Shown: positions 13,926 through 25,234, numbered from the whole stretch's first letter. The stretch: 63,018 bases of DNA, filler included, from 8 parts of 8 records of this genome joined end to end with filler, not necessarily neighbours in it; one strand, 5' to 3'. The notes: a model not told the origin generated them from the sequence alone. Translations and numbers: made by a program.

Positions 13926-14548
13926 ATGAGCGATATAAAAAAAGACAACACCGAAGAAAAAATTCTTGCAGCTGCAAAAACTGTCTTTATAAAAAAAGGA
14001 ATGGATGGCGCCCGCATGCAGGAAATTGCCGACGAAGCCGGAATAAACAAAGCACTGTTGCACTATTATTTTCGCTCGAAACAGAAACTTTTTGAAGCCA
14101 TTGTTAAAGACCTTTTCCAACAAATTTTCCCCAATGCCATATTCTTGATTAGCGCTGAAAAACCTTTCGAACAAAGATTAACCGACTTCATTAACAACTA
14201 CGTCGAAATTCTTCTGAAAAATCCATTTTTGCCTGCTTTTGTAATAAAAGAAATGAACCGCGACACCGATTTTTTGGCAAGAACTTTTAGTGATAGTGGG
14301 TTAAATCCGAACTTACTTCTCGAAATGCTTGAAAAAGAAATGGAGGCTGGCACAATTATAAAAATGAATCCGCGCAATTTGATTATTAACGTGCTCTCGC
14401 TTTGCCTTTTTCCATTCGCGGCAAAACCGTTGATGGAACTTCTAATGTTTGAAAACAACAGCGAAGAATACAACAAGTTTCTTGAAACCATAAGAAAAGT
14501 ATTACGGAATTTGTGTTGAATGCGGTTTTGGTGAAGAAAGAACAATAA
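13926..14548 (+). CDS. TetR/AcrR family regulator (probable frameshift near 14495)
   Basis: KILAAAKTVF..GARMQEIADEAGINKALLHYYFRSK HTH; alternative frame gives plausible end KSITEFVLNAVLVKKEQ* at 14548; ORF track stops at 14519. Confidence 0.9.
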
Positions 14549-14573
14549 TTGACAATATAAAAACAATTATAAA

Positions 14574-15826
14574 ATGAGAAAATTACTATTCATCCTCCTG
14601 TTTCCAATACAGCTGGCAGTTGCACAACCTACCGTGCAGCTCGACAGTTGTTACCATTGGGCGCGGGAGAATTATCCAAATCTGAAACAATCGGAATTGT
14701 GGCAGGAAATTACAAGCCTGAAACAGGAAAACCACGATACGAATTATTTGCCAAAACTCACAATAAACGGACAGGCAACTTATCAAAGCGCGGTAACCGA
14801 GCTCCCAATTTCGATACCGGGAGTTGAGATTCCAACGATGTCGAAAGACCAATATAAAGCCTACGCCGAACTTCAGCAAAATATTTGGGACGGCGGCATA
14901 TCGAAAGCAAATAAAGCTTTGGAAGGTGCAATGCTGAAAAGCAACCTTAGCGAGGTAGAAGTTGAATTGTATAAACTAAATGAACAGGTGGCGCAAGCGT
15001 TTTTTACGGCATTAATTGTCGACCAACAAAATGAAGTAATAAACGCCCAAATTGAAACAATAAATGAGCGTTTAAAACTGGTTGAATCGGGAATCAGAAA
15101 TGGTGTAATCGAAAAATCGTCGGCACTGGTTTTGCAGGCAGAAATTTTAAAACTGGAACAAAATAGGATTGAACTGGATGCCGCGAAAAAAGCTTCGGTT
15201 CTGATGCTTGGAATATTAACCGGCGAGGAGTTAACACCGGAATCGAATTTTGCATACAACAAAGCCAATGCAAATTTTAGCTCCGAATTTCTTCGTCCTG
15301 AATTGCAGCTATTTTCCAATCAGCGCAGCCAGCTTGGCAGCCAAATGGAATTGCTTACCAAAACCCGTAATCCAAAACTGTTCGGATTTGGACAAGTGGG
15401 CTACGGTAAACCCGGATTAAACATGCTTCTCGACGAATTTAAAGGCTACTACCTTGTTGGTGTTGGTATGTCGTGGAACGCCTTCGACTGGAAAAATACC
15501 GAGCGACAAAAACAGATATTACAGCTACAACAGCAAATGCTTCAAAGCCACGAACAAACCTTTTTGCAAAACCTCGAAATGCTGCTTGTTCAGCAAAAAG
15601 AACAAATCGGAAAAATAGAAACGCTGCTGGATAACGACCAGAAAATGGTGGCCCTCCGCACCGACATTACCAAAGCCGCCGCCTCGAAGCTTGAAAACGA
15701 AACAATTACTACCTCCGATTACATTCAGGAATTGCAAAACGAAACCGTTGCAAAACTCAACTCCAATTGCATAAAATTCAATTAAACGAAGCACGGGAGA
15801 AGTATAATTTAATTAAAGGGAAGTAG
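14574..15826 (+). CDS. TolC family outer-membrane efflux protein (probable frameshift near 15760)
   Basis: Signal peptide, YLPKL, QNIWDGG, long helices; other frame continues LQLHKIQLNEAREKYNLIKGK* to 15826. Confidence 0.85.
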
Positions 15827-15828
15827 TA

Positions 15829-15890
15829 GGCAGTCTCCAGTCGGCAGTCGGCAATATCCAAAATCGAGTATCAAATATCAAAAAATCAAC
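15829..15890. repeat. Degenerate 7-bp tandem repeats
   Basis: GGCAGTC TCCAGTC GGCAGTC GGCAATA followed by TCGAGTA TCAAATA TCAAAAA. Confidence 0.7.
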
Positions 15891-15894
15891 ACAA

Positions 15895-16773
15895 ATGAAA
15901 AACATAACATACATCATCGCGCTAAGCATCCTACTTTTTGGATGCAACACCAACACCGAAACGTCGGATGCCTACGGAAATTTTGAAGCAGAGACAGTAA
16001 TTGTTTCTGCCGAGAATCCAGGAAAAATCATTCAGTTAAATGTTGAAGATGGGCAAAACCTTGAAACCGGTTTTGTGGCTGCACTAATCGACACGGTTCA
16101 GCTAAACCTGAAACTGCTGCAAATTGATGCACAAAAAGCTGCTGTAGAAATACGTCGCCAGTCTATTCATTCGCAAATTGAAGTATTTAAGGAACAAAAA
16201 AATACGCTGAAAGTAAACGAAAACCGCGTAAAAAGGATGCTGAAAGACGGTGCTTCTACACAAAAACAACTCGACGATATTCAGGGACAAATGAATGTTA
16301 TCGATAAACAAATTGCCAGCACAAAAACACAGTTTGCCGCCATTTCAAAAGAGCAGAAAGTTTTAGATGCACAAAAAACATCGCTGCAAGACCAACTGGA
16401 ACGTTGCAAAGTACTATCTCCTGTTTCGGGAACAATACTGGAAACATACGCCGAACAGGGAGAGCTAACTGCTGCCGGAAAATCGCTTTTTAAAATTGCC
16501 GATTTAAGCGAATTGGAATTGAAAGTGTATGTAAGTGGCGCACAGTTGCCAAATATAAAACTGGGACAGAAAGTTGAAGTATTGATTGATAAAACAACTA
16601 ATGAAAACCAAACACTCTCAGGAGAAATCTCATGGATTTCGTCGGAAGCAGAATTTACACCCAAAATTATTCAAACAAAAGAAGAGCGGGTAAAATTAGT
16701 GTATGCGGTAAAAGTAACCGTTAAAAACAATGGTATTTTAAAAATTGGCATGCCGGGGGAAGTTCGTTGGTAG
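15895..16773 (+). CDS. HlyD family efflux periplasmic adaptor (lipoprotein)
   Basis: Lipobox LFGC; YGNFEA, SPVSG, ISSEAEFTPKIIQTKEERVKLVYAVK, LKIGMPGEV. Confidence 0.92.
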   Translation: MKNITYIIALSILLFGCNTNTETSDAYGNFEAETVIVSAENPGKIIQLNVEDGQNLETGFVAALIDTVQLNLKLLQIDAQKAAVEIRRQSIHSQIEVFKEQKNTLKVNENRVKRMLKDGASTQKQLDDIQGQMNVIDKQIASTKTQFAAISKEQKVLDAQKTSLQDQLERCKVLSPVSGTILETYAEQGELTAAGKSLFKIADLSELELKVYVSGAQLPNIKLGQKVEVLIDKTTNENQTLSGEISWISSEAEFTPKIIQTKEERVKLVYAVKVTVKNNGILKIGMPGEVRW

Positions 16774-16775
16774 TA

Positions 16776-16846
16776 GGCAGTATTCTGTCAACAGTCAGCA
16801 GTCTTCAGTCTACAGCCAATTCACCCGTTGTCCGGCAGCTGCCGGA
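16776..16846. repeat. Degenerate 7-bp tandem repeats plus a 16-bp palindrome
   Basis: GGCAGTA TTCTGTC AACAGTC AGCAGTC TTCAGTC TACAGCC; TCCGGCAGCTGCCGGA at 16831-16846. Confidence 0.7.
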
Positions 16847-16898
16847 TCACAGGATGAATAGAAATCGAGTATACGCGCCAAGCGCAAAACATGCAGTA

Positions 16899-17816
16899 AT
16901 GATAGAAATAAACAACATATCAAAATCGTACAACGAAACCGAAGCCTTAAAAGACATTAATCTGGAGATTGAACCGGGCGAACTGTTTGGATTAATCGGG
17001 CCCGATGGTGCCGGAAAAACCACTCTCTTTCGCCTATTGGCTACACTGCTGCTTCCCGACTCTGGCTCGGCAACACTTTGCGGCTTTAACATGGTTAAAG
17101 AGTACAAGCACATCCGGAATATATTAGGGTATATGCCCGGTAAGTTTTCTTTGTATCAGGATTTAACTGTTTTGGAGAACCTTAATTTCTTTGCCACTGT
17201 TTTCGATACTCGAATTGAGGACAATATGGATATGATTCGGGATATTTGGGTGCAGATTGAGCCCTTTAAACACCGATTGGCAGGAAAATTATCGGGGGGA
17301 ATGAAACAGAAACTCGCGCTTTGTTGTGCACTCATACATCAACCCAAAATTTTGTTGTTAGACGAACCAACTACCGGCGTTGATGTGGTTTCGAGAAGTG
17401 AATTCTGGCAAATGCTTAAAAGCCTGAAAGCAAAGGGAATCACCATTATTGTTGCCACGCCTTATATGGATGAAGCCAATTTGTGCGAAAGAGTTGCACT
17501 TATGCAAAATGGAGAAATATTGAGTTTGAATACTCCTGCCGGCATTATTTCCGATTTTGGCAAAGATTTATATTCCATACGAGGAAAAGACATCTACCAA
17601 CTTTTGTTAGACTTGCGCGCTTATCCACATACAAACTCGGTTTTCCCATTCGGACAAAGCGTTCATTATACCGACACCCGCGAAAATGTGTCTCCGGCCG
17701 AGCTTGAAACCTATTTGAACTCAAAAGGACAGAGTGGCATTGAAATTACGAAAATTACGGCTGGCATTGAAGACTGCTTTATGGCTTTAAGTCAACAAAA
17801 TAATGTACAGGAATGA
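16899..17816 (+). CDS. ABC transporter ATP-binding protein
   Basis: GPDGAGKTT, LSGGMKQ, LLLDEP; likely start MIEINNISK at 16899. Confidence 0.93.
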   Translation: MIEINNISKSYNETEALKDINLEIEPGELFGLIGPDGAGKTTLFRLLATLLLPDSGSATLCGFNMVKEYKHIRNILGYMPGKFSLYQDLTVLENLNFFATVFDTRIEDNMDMIRDIWVQIEPFKHRLAGKLSGGMKQKLALCCALIHQPKILLLDEPTTGVDVVSRSEFWQMLKSLKAKGITIIVATPYMDEANLCERVALMQNGEILSLNTPAGIISDFGKDLYSIRGKDIYQLLLDLRAYPHTNSVFPFGQSVHYTDTRENVSPAELETYLNSKGQSGIEITKITAGIEDCFMALSQQNNVQE

Positions 17817-18559
17817 ATACACGCGAAAAAGTAATATCGGTACGAAACCTAAGCAAGAAATTTGGCACTTTTACCGCAAACGACAATCTATCGTTTGATG
17901 TTTATAAAGGTGAAATATTTGGATTTCTGGGTGCAAATGGAGCGGGAAAAACCACAGCTATGAAAATCCTCTGCGGTCTTTCGTATCCAACATCCGGAGA
18001 GATAATGGTAGCAGGCTTAAATGTATACAAGCAGCGCGAAAAACTAAAAAAGAATATCGGTTACATGAGCCAGAAGTTCTCGCTATACGAAGATTTAACG
18101 GTATTCGAGAATATACGTTTTTATGCAGGTATTTATGGAATGTCGTTGAAAGAAATTAAGGCTAAATCGGACGAGTTACTTCAAAAACTGAGATTGGCTC
18201 ATGTAAGAAACAAACGAATTGGCGAACTACCGTTGGGATGGAAACAAAAGCTGGCATTTTCTGTAGCAATTTTTCACAATCCTGAAATTGTATTTTTAGA
18301 TGAACCAACAGGCGGAGTTGATCCGGTTACCCGACGACAATTCTGGGATTTAATTTATGAGGCTTCGCGAAATGGGATTACCGTTTTTGTAACCACACAC
18401 TACATGGATGAAGCAGAATACTGTAATCGTATTTCGATTATGGTGGATGGGCGAATAGAAGCATTAGACACGCCGGAAGGACTGAAAACCCGTTTTGAAG
18501 CAAAAGATATGGATGAAGTTTTTCTTCATTTGGCAAGAAAAAGCAGCTATCAGGAGTAA
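17813..18559 (+). CDS. ABC transporter ATP-binding protein
   Basis: GANGAGKTT, LPLGWKQ, FLDEPT, TTHYMDEA; ATGA overlap with upstream gene. Confidence 0.93.
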   Translation: MNTREKVISVRNLSKKFGTFTANDNLSFDVYKGEIFGFLGANGAGKTTAMKILCGLSYPTSGEIMVAGLNVYKQREKLKKNIGYMSQKFSLYEDLTVFENIRFYAGIYGMSLKEIKAKSDELLQKLRLAHVRNKRIGELPLGWKQKLAFSVAIFHNPEIVFLDEPTGGVDPVTRRQFWDLIYEASRNGITVFVTTHYMDEAEYCNRISIMVDGRIEALDTPEGLKTRFEAKDMDEVFLHLARKSSYQE

Positions 18560-18594
18560 ACAACTGTTGATAATCATCAACTAAAAGAATTAGA

Positions 18595-19701
18595 ATGAAG
18601 CGATTTATCGGTTTTATAAGAAAAGAGTTTTACCATATTTTCCGCGACAAAAGGTCGATGTTAATTTTATTTGGGATGCCCGTTGTGCAGTTGTTGCTTT
18701 TTGGTTTTGTAATCACAAGCGATCTGAAAGATGTAAAAATGGCCGTAGTCGATAATTCACGAGATGAATACACCGCCGAGATAATCAATAAAATTACATC
18801 GTCGGGGTATTTCAATCTGGTTGAAAATTTGGATGGCATTGCTCAAGTCGACGGGATTTTTCGGAAAGGCGAAATAAAGGTGGTATTGGTTTTCGAACCT
18901 AAATTTGGAGAGAATTTGGTGAAAAACTCAAAAGCCTCAGTACAAATTCTGGCTGATGCTTCAGATCCAAATATGGCAAACCTAGCAGTAAATTACCTGC
19001 AAGGCATCTTACAGAATTACAATGTTGAAATAAATAAAGGAGATACCATTCCGAATCAGATTACCCCCAAAAGCAGAATGTACTTCAATCAAACAATGGA
19101 GAGTGTTTATATGTTTGTTCCGGGCATAATGGCTACAATTCTAATGTTGATTTCGGCCATGATGACTTCCATTTCAATAGCACGCGAAAAAGAAATGGGC
19201 ACCATGGAGATTCTTCTGGTTTCGCCCTTGCGCCCCTTGCAAATAATACTGGGAAAAGTTACACCTTATTTATTTTTGTCGTTTATCAATGCCCTGGTAA
19301 TTGTTGGCATGGGATATTTTGTATTTGGAGTTCCGGTACTTGGAAGTTTTGCCCTTTTAATGGCTGAAAGTATCTTGTTTATTCTTTTGGCTTTATCGCT
19401 GGGAATATTTATTTCGACAGCTGCAAACAGCCAGCAAGTTGCCATGATGCTTTCGATGTTTGCTTTGATGTTGCCTACAATATTGCTTTCCGGCTTTATT
19501 TTTCCGATTCGGAACATGCCACTTCCCTTGCAAATTCTCACCAATATTATTCCGCCCCGATGGTTCATTATTATTATTAAAAACATTATGCTGAAAGGAG
19601 TAGGCGTTGAATTTATTTGGAAAGAGACACTTATTTTAATTGTAATGACAGTTGGATTAATAGGTTTAAGCGTGAAGAAATTTAAAATCCGATTGGAGTA
19701 A
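18595..19701 (+). CDS. ABC-2 type permease (YbhS-like)
   Basis: KEFYHIFRD, REKEMGTME, SGFIFPI, multiple TM segments. Confidence 0.92.
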   Translation: MKRFIGFIRKEFYHIFRDKRSMLILFGMPVVQLLLFGFVITSDLKDVKMAVVDNSRDEYTAEIINKITSSGYFNLVENLDGIAQVDGIFRKGEIKVVLVFEPKFGENLVKNSKASVQILADASDPNMANLAVNYLQGILQNYNVEINKGDTIPNQITPKSRMYFNQTMESVYMFVPGIMATILMLISAMMTSISIAREKEMGTMEILLVSPLRPLQIILGKVTPYLFLSFINALVIVGMGYFVFGVPVLGSFALLMAESILFILLALSLGIFISTAANSQQVAMMLSMFALMLPTILLSGFIFPIRNMPLPLQILTNIIPPRWFIIIIKNIMLKGVGVEFIWKETLILIVMTVGLIGLSVKKFKIRLE

Positions 19702-19758
19702 TAACACCAAGTATTTACTTATAAATTGACCATTTTTAAAACATTACAGAACAAAAAC

Positions 19759-20877
19759 ATGCGAACAATTAAATATATATTGCAAAAAGAGTTTCTTCAA
19801 ATTTTCAGAAACAAAAGTATGTTGCCCATCATTTTTGCAATGCCAATTATTCAACTTTGTGTTTTGGTTTTTGCAGCAACTTTCGAAATGAAAAACACAA
19901 ATTTGTATGTGGTCGACCAAGACCTTTCCAGCCATTCACGAGAAATTACATCCAAGTTTAATGGTTCTCCTTTTTTTACGGTTCACGATATTGGTTTTTC
20001 AATTGATGAAGCCGAGGATAAAATGTTTAAAGATGAAGTAGATGCAATTTTGTATTTCAAAAATGGCTTTGGAGAATCGGTTGACAAAAAAGAGCCGGCC
20101 TCGGTTCAAATGCTGGTAAATGCAATTGATGCAAGCGCAGCCGGTTTATATAACGCTTATATAATGTCGGTTATTCAAGATTATAATCAGCAAATAAAAT
20201 CTCAAATCAAGCCTGTTGGGAATGTGCAGCCCATTCAACAAGTGCAAAATACCTACTCGTATCTTTATAATCCAGAGATGAAATATATTCCTTATATGCT
20301 GCCCGGAATCTTAGTTTTATTAGTTACGGTTATAGGTTTGTTTTTATCGGCAATGAATGTTGTGCGCGAAAAAGAGATTGGCACCATTGAGCAAATTAAC
20401 GTAACGCCCATTAAAAGATATCAATTCCTTCTCGGAAAACTAATTCCCTTTTTGCTGATTGGCTTTTTCGAATTAGGCATTGGATTAATACTTGCCACTT
20501 TTGTATTTAAAATCCCTTTTTTAGGCTCGCTTTGGTTAATATCTATGGTTGCTTTTATTTACCTGTTAACCGTAGTTGGAATCGGTTTATTGATATCGAC
20601 CCAAACCGACACACAACAACAAGCAATGTTTATTGCCTGGTTTTTTATGCTTATATTTATAATGATGGGCGGATTATTTACGCCCGTTGAAAGTATGCCG
20701 GCCTGGGCTCAGAAACTGAACTACCTAAACCCGGTAGCTTATTTCATAAAAATTATTCGGATGATTATGCTGAAAGGCTCCGAGTTTAGCGATATTTTGA
20801 GAGACCTCACAATTTTAGGCGCCTATTCTATTGCAATTCTGAGCATTGCCGTAAACAAGTACCGAAAAGTAGCTTAA
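19759..20877 (+). CDS. ABC-2 type permease (YbhR-like)
   Basis: KEFLQIFR, REKEIGTIEQINVTP, GLFTPVESMP; start MRTIKY at 19759. Confidence 0.92.
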   Translation: MRTIKYILQKEFLQIFRNKSMLPIIFAMPIIQLCVLVFAATFEMKNTNLYVVDQDLSSHSREITSKFNGSPFFTVHDIGFSIDEAEDKMFKDEVDAILYFKNGFGESVDKKEPASVQMLVNAIDASAAGLYNAYIMSVIQDYNQQIKSQIKPVGNVQPIQQVQNTYSYLYNPEMKYIPYMLPGILVLLVTVIGLFLSAMNVVREKEIGTIEQINVTPIKRYQFLLGKLIPFLLIGFFELGIGLILATFVFKIPFLGSLWLISMVAFIYLLTVVGIGLLISTQTDTQQQAMFIAWFFMLIFIMMGGLFTPVESMPAWAQKLNYLNPVAYFIKIIRMIMLKGSEFSDILRDLTILGAYSIAILSIAVNKYRKVA

Positions 20878-20899
20878 ACGTACTTTAATAAATACAAAC

Positions 20900-21237
20900 A
20901 TGATAGCAAGGAATTACAAAACACAGGAAATTAAAGACACCCCGCACAAAGTTGATGTTCGGGAAATGTACAACGATGCTTCGGCGCAAATGATGCACAT
21001 TACGCTGCAAGCCGGCGAAACATTAAAGCTGCATAAAACACCGGTTGATGTTACCTTTTATATTTTGGAGGAAAACCAACAATCCACATCGGCGACGAGT
21101 CTGAGTCTTTCGGACAAGATACACTGATTGAGAGTCCTGCAAAAATTGTGCATTACATTAGCAACGAAAGCGATGCTGTTGCCCGCATTTTGGTAACCAA
21201 AGCACCGCGTCTGGGCAGCCCGACAAAATTATTGTAG
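20900..21237 (+). CDS. Cupin domain protein (frameshift near 21071)
   Basis: HITLQAGETLKLHKTP..FYILE joins GKPTIHIGDE..ESPAKIVHYISN..RILVTKAP in another frame. Confidence 0.8.
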
Positions 21238-21453
21238 AAAAGAAACAAGTAAAAGAATTCAAAACAGAGATTCTGCCTTGACTTATTTTCACTCAAACAC
21301 ATTACAAACCAGTACCTTTCAACGAATATAGTCAAAACTTTTTCGTAATATACTCGTTAATTCTAAAGGAATAATTTCTAGAATAACAATTTAGACAAAA
21401 CACAGGATTTACCTAGAAACACACCGCCCCCTTGGTAAATCCGGGAGGAAAGG

Positions 21454-22421
21454 ATGAGTGAGAGTTTTGATTTGGAAATAAGAGAAAGAGAATATTTCGA
21501 AAAAGGAATTTACCGGGTACTTGACAAATTACATTTCGATTCGGCCAAATTTATTATGGCCCGCTCAAGAAAGCATGTTTCTATACACGAATTGCGTAAA
21601 AACATAAAAAAGATACGGGGAATAATCCGGCTACTCCGGCACGAAATAGGACACGAAAAATACCACGAACTTAACGATTACTACAGGGTGATTGCCAGCG
21701 AAGTAGCTGTTCTTCGCGACGACACATCGCAAATAGAGTTGTTGCAGAATATGAAAAAACGGATTAGTGATTCAGCAGTAAACAAAGCCTTTAACAAAGC
21801 AATATCTCAGTTATACAAAAAACGAAATAAAGAATTCGAACAGTTTGCAGGCAGAGGACAAGCGGCTGTAATAAAACAAATGCTACTTGGAATGCAGGAT
21901 TTTACCCACGAGCTCGAATTTACAGGCGATCCTGAATTTTTCATTCTTAAAAGTATGCACCGAATTCACCGACGTGCCCGAAGTGCTTACGAAGCTACCG
22001 GCATTTCTGCACACGACGAAATTTATCATTATTGGCGAAAACAGGTTAAATACCTTATGTATCATTTAATGGTACTAAATAAAGTTTGGCCCTCGTTTAT
22101 AAAGGTTTATATCGACGATTTGAATAAGCTGGGAAATTCACTGGGAAAGCTGCACGACCTGAATTTATTTAACGAATACGTAAAAGATGAAGGCATAATT
22201 GTTTTAAACAAAGCAGAAAAAAGAGAGTACTACGGTTTATCTATTCGCAGCGGGCCAGGTTAAAAAAGCGCATTGAAACAATTGGCGAAAGGGTGTTTTC
22301 TGAAAGCAGTAAATCCTTTTCCAGGCGCATATTCGACCTGTGGCTGATTTCTGTGCTGAACAAAAAATCAAAGAAAACCACTACAACTCCCAATTCGGAA
22401 TGCCCAAATTGTGCTGAATAA
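21454..22421 (+). CDS. CHAD domain protein (frameshift near 22222)
   Basis: IHELRKNIKKIR, RDD, HYWRKQVK, LGKLHDL; continues in another frame to stop at 22421. Confidence 0.85.
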
Positions 22422-22611
22422 AATCCGAATAAACAACACTCGCTAACTCCCATCAAAAAAAACTCAAAATAATTTGTAACCATTCGTATCTTTCGGGAAC
22501 TAAGTAGCAAATAATACCAATAGTACATCAAAATGATAGATTAAAAATGTTTCTTTTTCCATTTTATATTTCCATCATTTTAAAATACAATTGATATAAA
22601 AACCAAAAACG

Positions 22612-22705
22612 TTGAAGAAAGAAGAAAAATTTAATCAACTGGTTGCCGAGAACAATGAGCGAATAAAACGCATTTGTAGTTACTACAATTCAAACACAAC
22701 CGACC
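22612..22705 (+). CDS. Probable ECF sigma factor N-terminus (truncated)
   Basis: TTG start; KKEEKFNQLVAENNERIKRICSYY resembles ECF sigma region 1.2/2.1. Confidence 0.55.
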
Positions 22706-22805
22706 NNNNNNNNNNNNNNNNNNNNNNNNNNNNNNNNNNNNNNNNNNNNTTAATTAATTAANNNNNNNNNNNNNNNNNNNNNNNNNNNNNNNNNNNNNNN
22801 NNNNN
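22706..22805. other. Artificial contig linker
   Basis: N spacer with TTAATTAATTAA. Confidence 0.99.
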
Positions 22806-22973
22806 CTGACTTATGCGCCAATTTTGGGGATAATTGGGCTTCCAATTAGTGGTTTCAGGATCATTAAAGTCTTCGATAACAAGAAATGAAAGTGTATCTG
22901 CTTCTTGCTGACCGCAATAGGTGAAAAGCCATCCGCATAATATTATAATGATGAATAGCCTGGGCAATATCAT
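22806..22973 (-). CDS. Secreted or lipoprotein N-terminus, truncated
   Basis: Hydrophobic signal ending FTYC; RBS AAAGGA upstream. Confidence 0.5.
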
Positions 22974-23010
22974 ATCCTTTCAATATAACGGGCACGTCAA
23001 AAAAATACGA

Positions 23011-23989
23011 TTACTGATCTTTAAATTGTGCAAAAATTTTAGATAAAATGGCTTGTTTGCTTTGTAACATAGCATTTTGAGTCGCAAGATATCGTGCCAG
23101 CACCAGCTCCTGGATGGCCACTGCCGATATTCAGGTCGCGCATAATGGCGCCAACATCCTTATTGTGATTATTACTATTCAAATTGATACTCAATGACAT
23201 GGAAAAAGACAAATTGTTTGTTTTAATCCTGTTTTGAAACATATTTTTCACTTCAAGTACAGCTAATGATTTTGGGAAAAGTAGATAAGCCAGGTGTTTC
23301 AAAACGTGTGGCTGACGATTGTGTTTCGTGAGATCAATAATAACGAGTTCACGGTTGGTATCCTGCGGTAAAAAGATAACATCCTTTTGAATTTGTTCCA
23401 TCATGGCTTGTTCTTCATTTTGAAAAATGTGATAGAACTTTTTGACGCTGGGCATTTTAGCTACCTGCTCAAGAGGCCTTGTTTTTAACTGAGAGATCAA
23501 GTTTCTCAAATGTTTCCATTTGATATCCGCACTGTCAACTTTAACTTTTATAGAACCGTCAATAATTTTTGCAGGTGTTTCAGCTCGCCAGTCATCGATG
23601 CTGCTATAATTAAAAGCGTCTATAATGTCCGCTTCCCGGACGAGGTCCTGAAAATGATCCGGTAGGTTCTGTTTTTCGGAAAAATACTCGTAAACCACAT
23701 GTGCGCATGAATCTTTGAGATCAAAACGTCCTTCAATGGAAGCCGGATCGATCTGACGAAATTCGAGCTCTTCCAGGTTACCCTCATGATGATCAAACCA
23801 AAGTCCGCATTCCAGGGGATAGGGGAGGTCGCATACAACGTCATCACTGGTGATGGATATCCTTGCATCACTTACCGTACGAGGGCCTGTAAAGACCAGA
23901 AAATCAATACCAAGTGCATAAGAACAAATAGTGGCGCTAATAACACCGTCAAAGTCGTTATGTGTAATAATTCTGTTAAATCGAGACAT
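23011..23989 (-). CDS. DHH family phosphoesterase (probable frameshift near 23077)
   Basis: THNDFDG, CDLPY, WFDHH, GSGHPGAG; alternative frame ends AMLQSKQAILSKIFAQFKDQ* at 23011. Confidence 0.82.
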
Positions 23990-24046
23990 ATTTTATAAAA
24001 AATCCGTAAGAGAGTAATTCACAATTCTAATTAATAAAGATAAAAA

Positions 24047-25234
24047 TTATTTGAGTCTATAAGTGATACCTGGTTCCAATACCTCAGCAATGCCAAGTCC
24101 GACAAATCCTGTTGTTATCGGTAGTTCGCGAACACCAAATTGCTGTGATTTTTTTTGATTTAAAAAATAGGAATAATTTTTTTGTATACTGTTAAAAATT
24201 TTAGGGTTTTTAGAGACCTCGTCGTAATACCAGACAAGCAAATTTAACAGACCTTGACTGCGTTGTTGGTCTTCACTCCTCAGTTTACCCCAGGTTCCTT
24301 TTGAGTTTTGCTCATTCAAAAGCCATTGCATGCTACGGTTAATTTTGCGAACGACTTGTTTTTTAAATTCGTCGTCATTTGATCGCATGTAAACGCCAAC
24401 GATGCCATCAGCAACATAACTTATGGTATCGAGTGGCCAAGAATCTTGTTCTGAATTATGCAAGATATAAGGGAATTCTCCGGTAGGTTTTACAATATTT
24501 AACAACCAGTTAACAGCATTTTGGGCAATATCAAGATATTCCTTATTATTTGTTAATGAATAATAGCATGAAAAGAAAGCAGCACCGGTGACGCTGGTAG
24601 AAATAGTATAAGGAGCGGTAGAAAGTGCGCCTTTGTAATATCCGCAACCAATAGCGCCGGCATGTTCACCTGACTGAATAATCCAGCCATTGGAACCTCC
24701 GCGTCCTTTTCCCTGTGGATCCTCTTTTGTTCCAAACTGTACAAAATTAGCATAAAGTTGTAAGGCGCGTTCGTAATTGGATTTTCTAACCCCATCTGCA
24801 AAGCGGACAGCACCTGCTAATGCTGTTGTTGTCGTACCTGCATCACCCAGATAGATATTGCCATCCGGATTAAAATCGCCCCAGTAACCTGCTTTTTTAC
24901 CATCCGGTGTTTCAGTGATTTGCTGCAATGTGATGAGACGGTCAAACCAGGTAAGGGCTTCATCCAGATAACGTTTTTCCCCGGTAAGTTCGTAGCCAGC
25001 AATTAAAACCCGAGCCAGATTGCTGTTGATAAAAACAGATGTACGGCGCTTGGCCTGGATCTTTAATTCGCCTGATCCGACCTCAGATTCCAGAGCCCAA
25101 TCACAAATACTTTTAAGGTAATTTAAAAGTTCAACTCTGTCTTGCTCAACATACGTTTTTGTGTGAGTGACCTGAGATTGGGATGAGTTACAGGAAAGAG
25201 CAAAGATAACGAGAAAAAATAATAGTTTTTTCAT
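24047..25234 (-). CDS. Lipoprotein, probable alpha/alpha-toroid (six-hairpin glycosidase-like) fold
   Basis: Lipobox ALSC; YELTGEKRYLDEA, LTNNKEYLDIA, WLLNEQNSKGTW. Confidence 0.55.
   Translation of the reverse strand: MKKLLFFLVIFALSCNSSQSQVTHTKTYVEQDRVELLNYLKSICDWALESEVGSGELKIQAKRRTSVFINSNLARVLIAGYELTGEKRYLDEALTWFDRLITLQQITETPDGKKAGYWGDFNPDGNIYLGDAGTTTTALAGAVRFADGVRKSNYERALQLYANFVQFGTKEDPQGKGRGGSNGWIIQSGEHAGAIGCGYYKGALSTAPYTISTSVTGAAFFSCYYSLTNNKEYLDIAQNAVNWLLNIVKPTGEFPYILHNSEQDSWPLDTISYVADGIVGVYMRSNDDEFKKQVVRKINRSMQWLLNEQNSKGTWGKLRSEDQQRSQGLLNLLVWYYDEVSKNPKIFNSIQKNYSYFLNQKKSQQFGVRELPITTGFVGLGIAEVLEPGITYRLK

Noticed and set aside
16767..16898. N-terminal extension of the ABC ATPase in the ORF track
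   Set aside because: It is translation of the heptamer-repeat spacer; the ATPase fold begins at Met 16899
17440..18250. Odd ABC motifs (TPYMDEA lacking the H-loop His; LPLGW signature) as inactivation
   Set aside because: To my knowledge both variants are usual in this paired YbhF-like ATPase family
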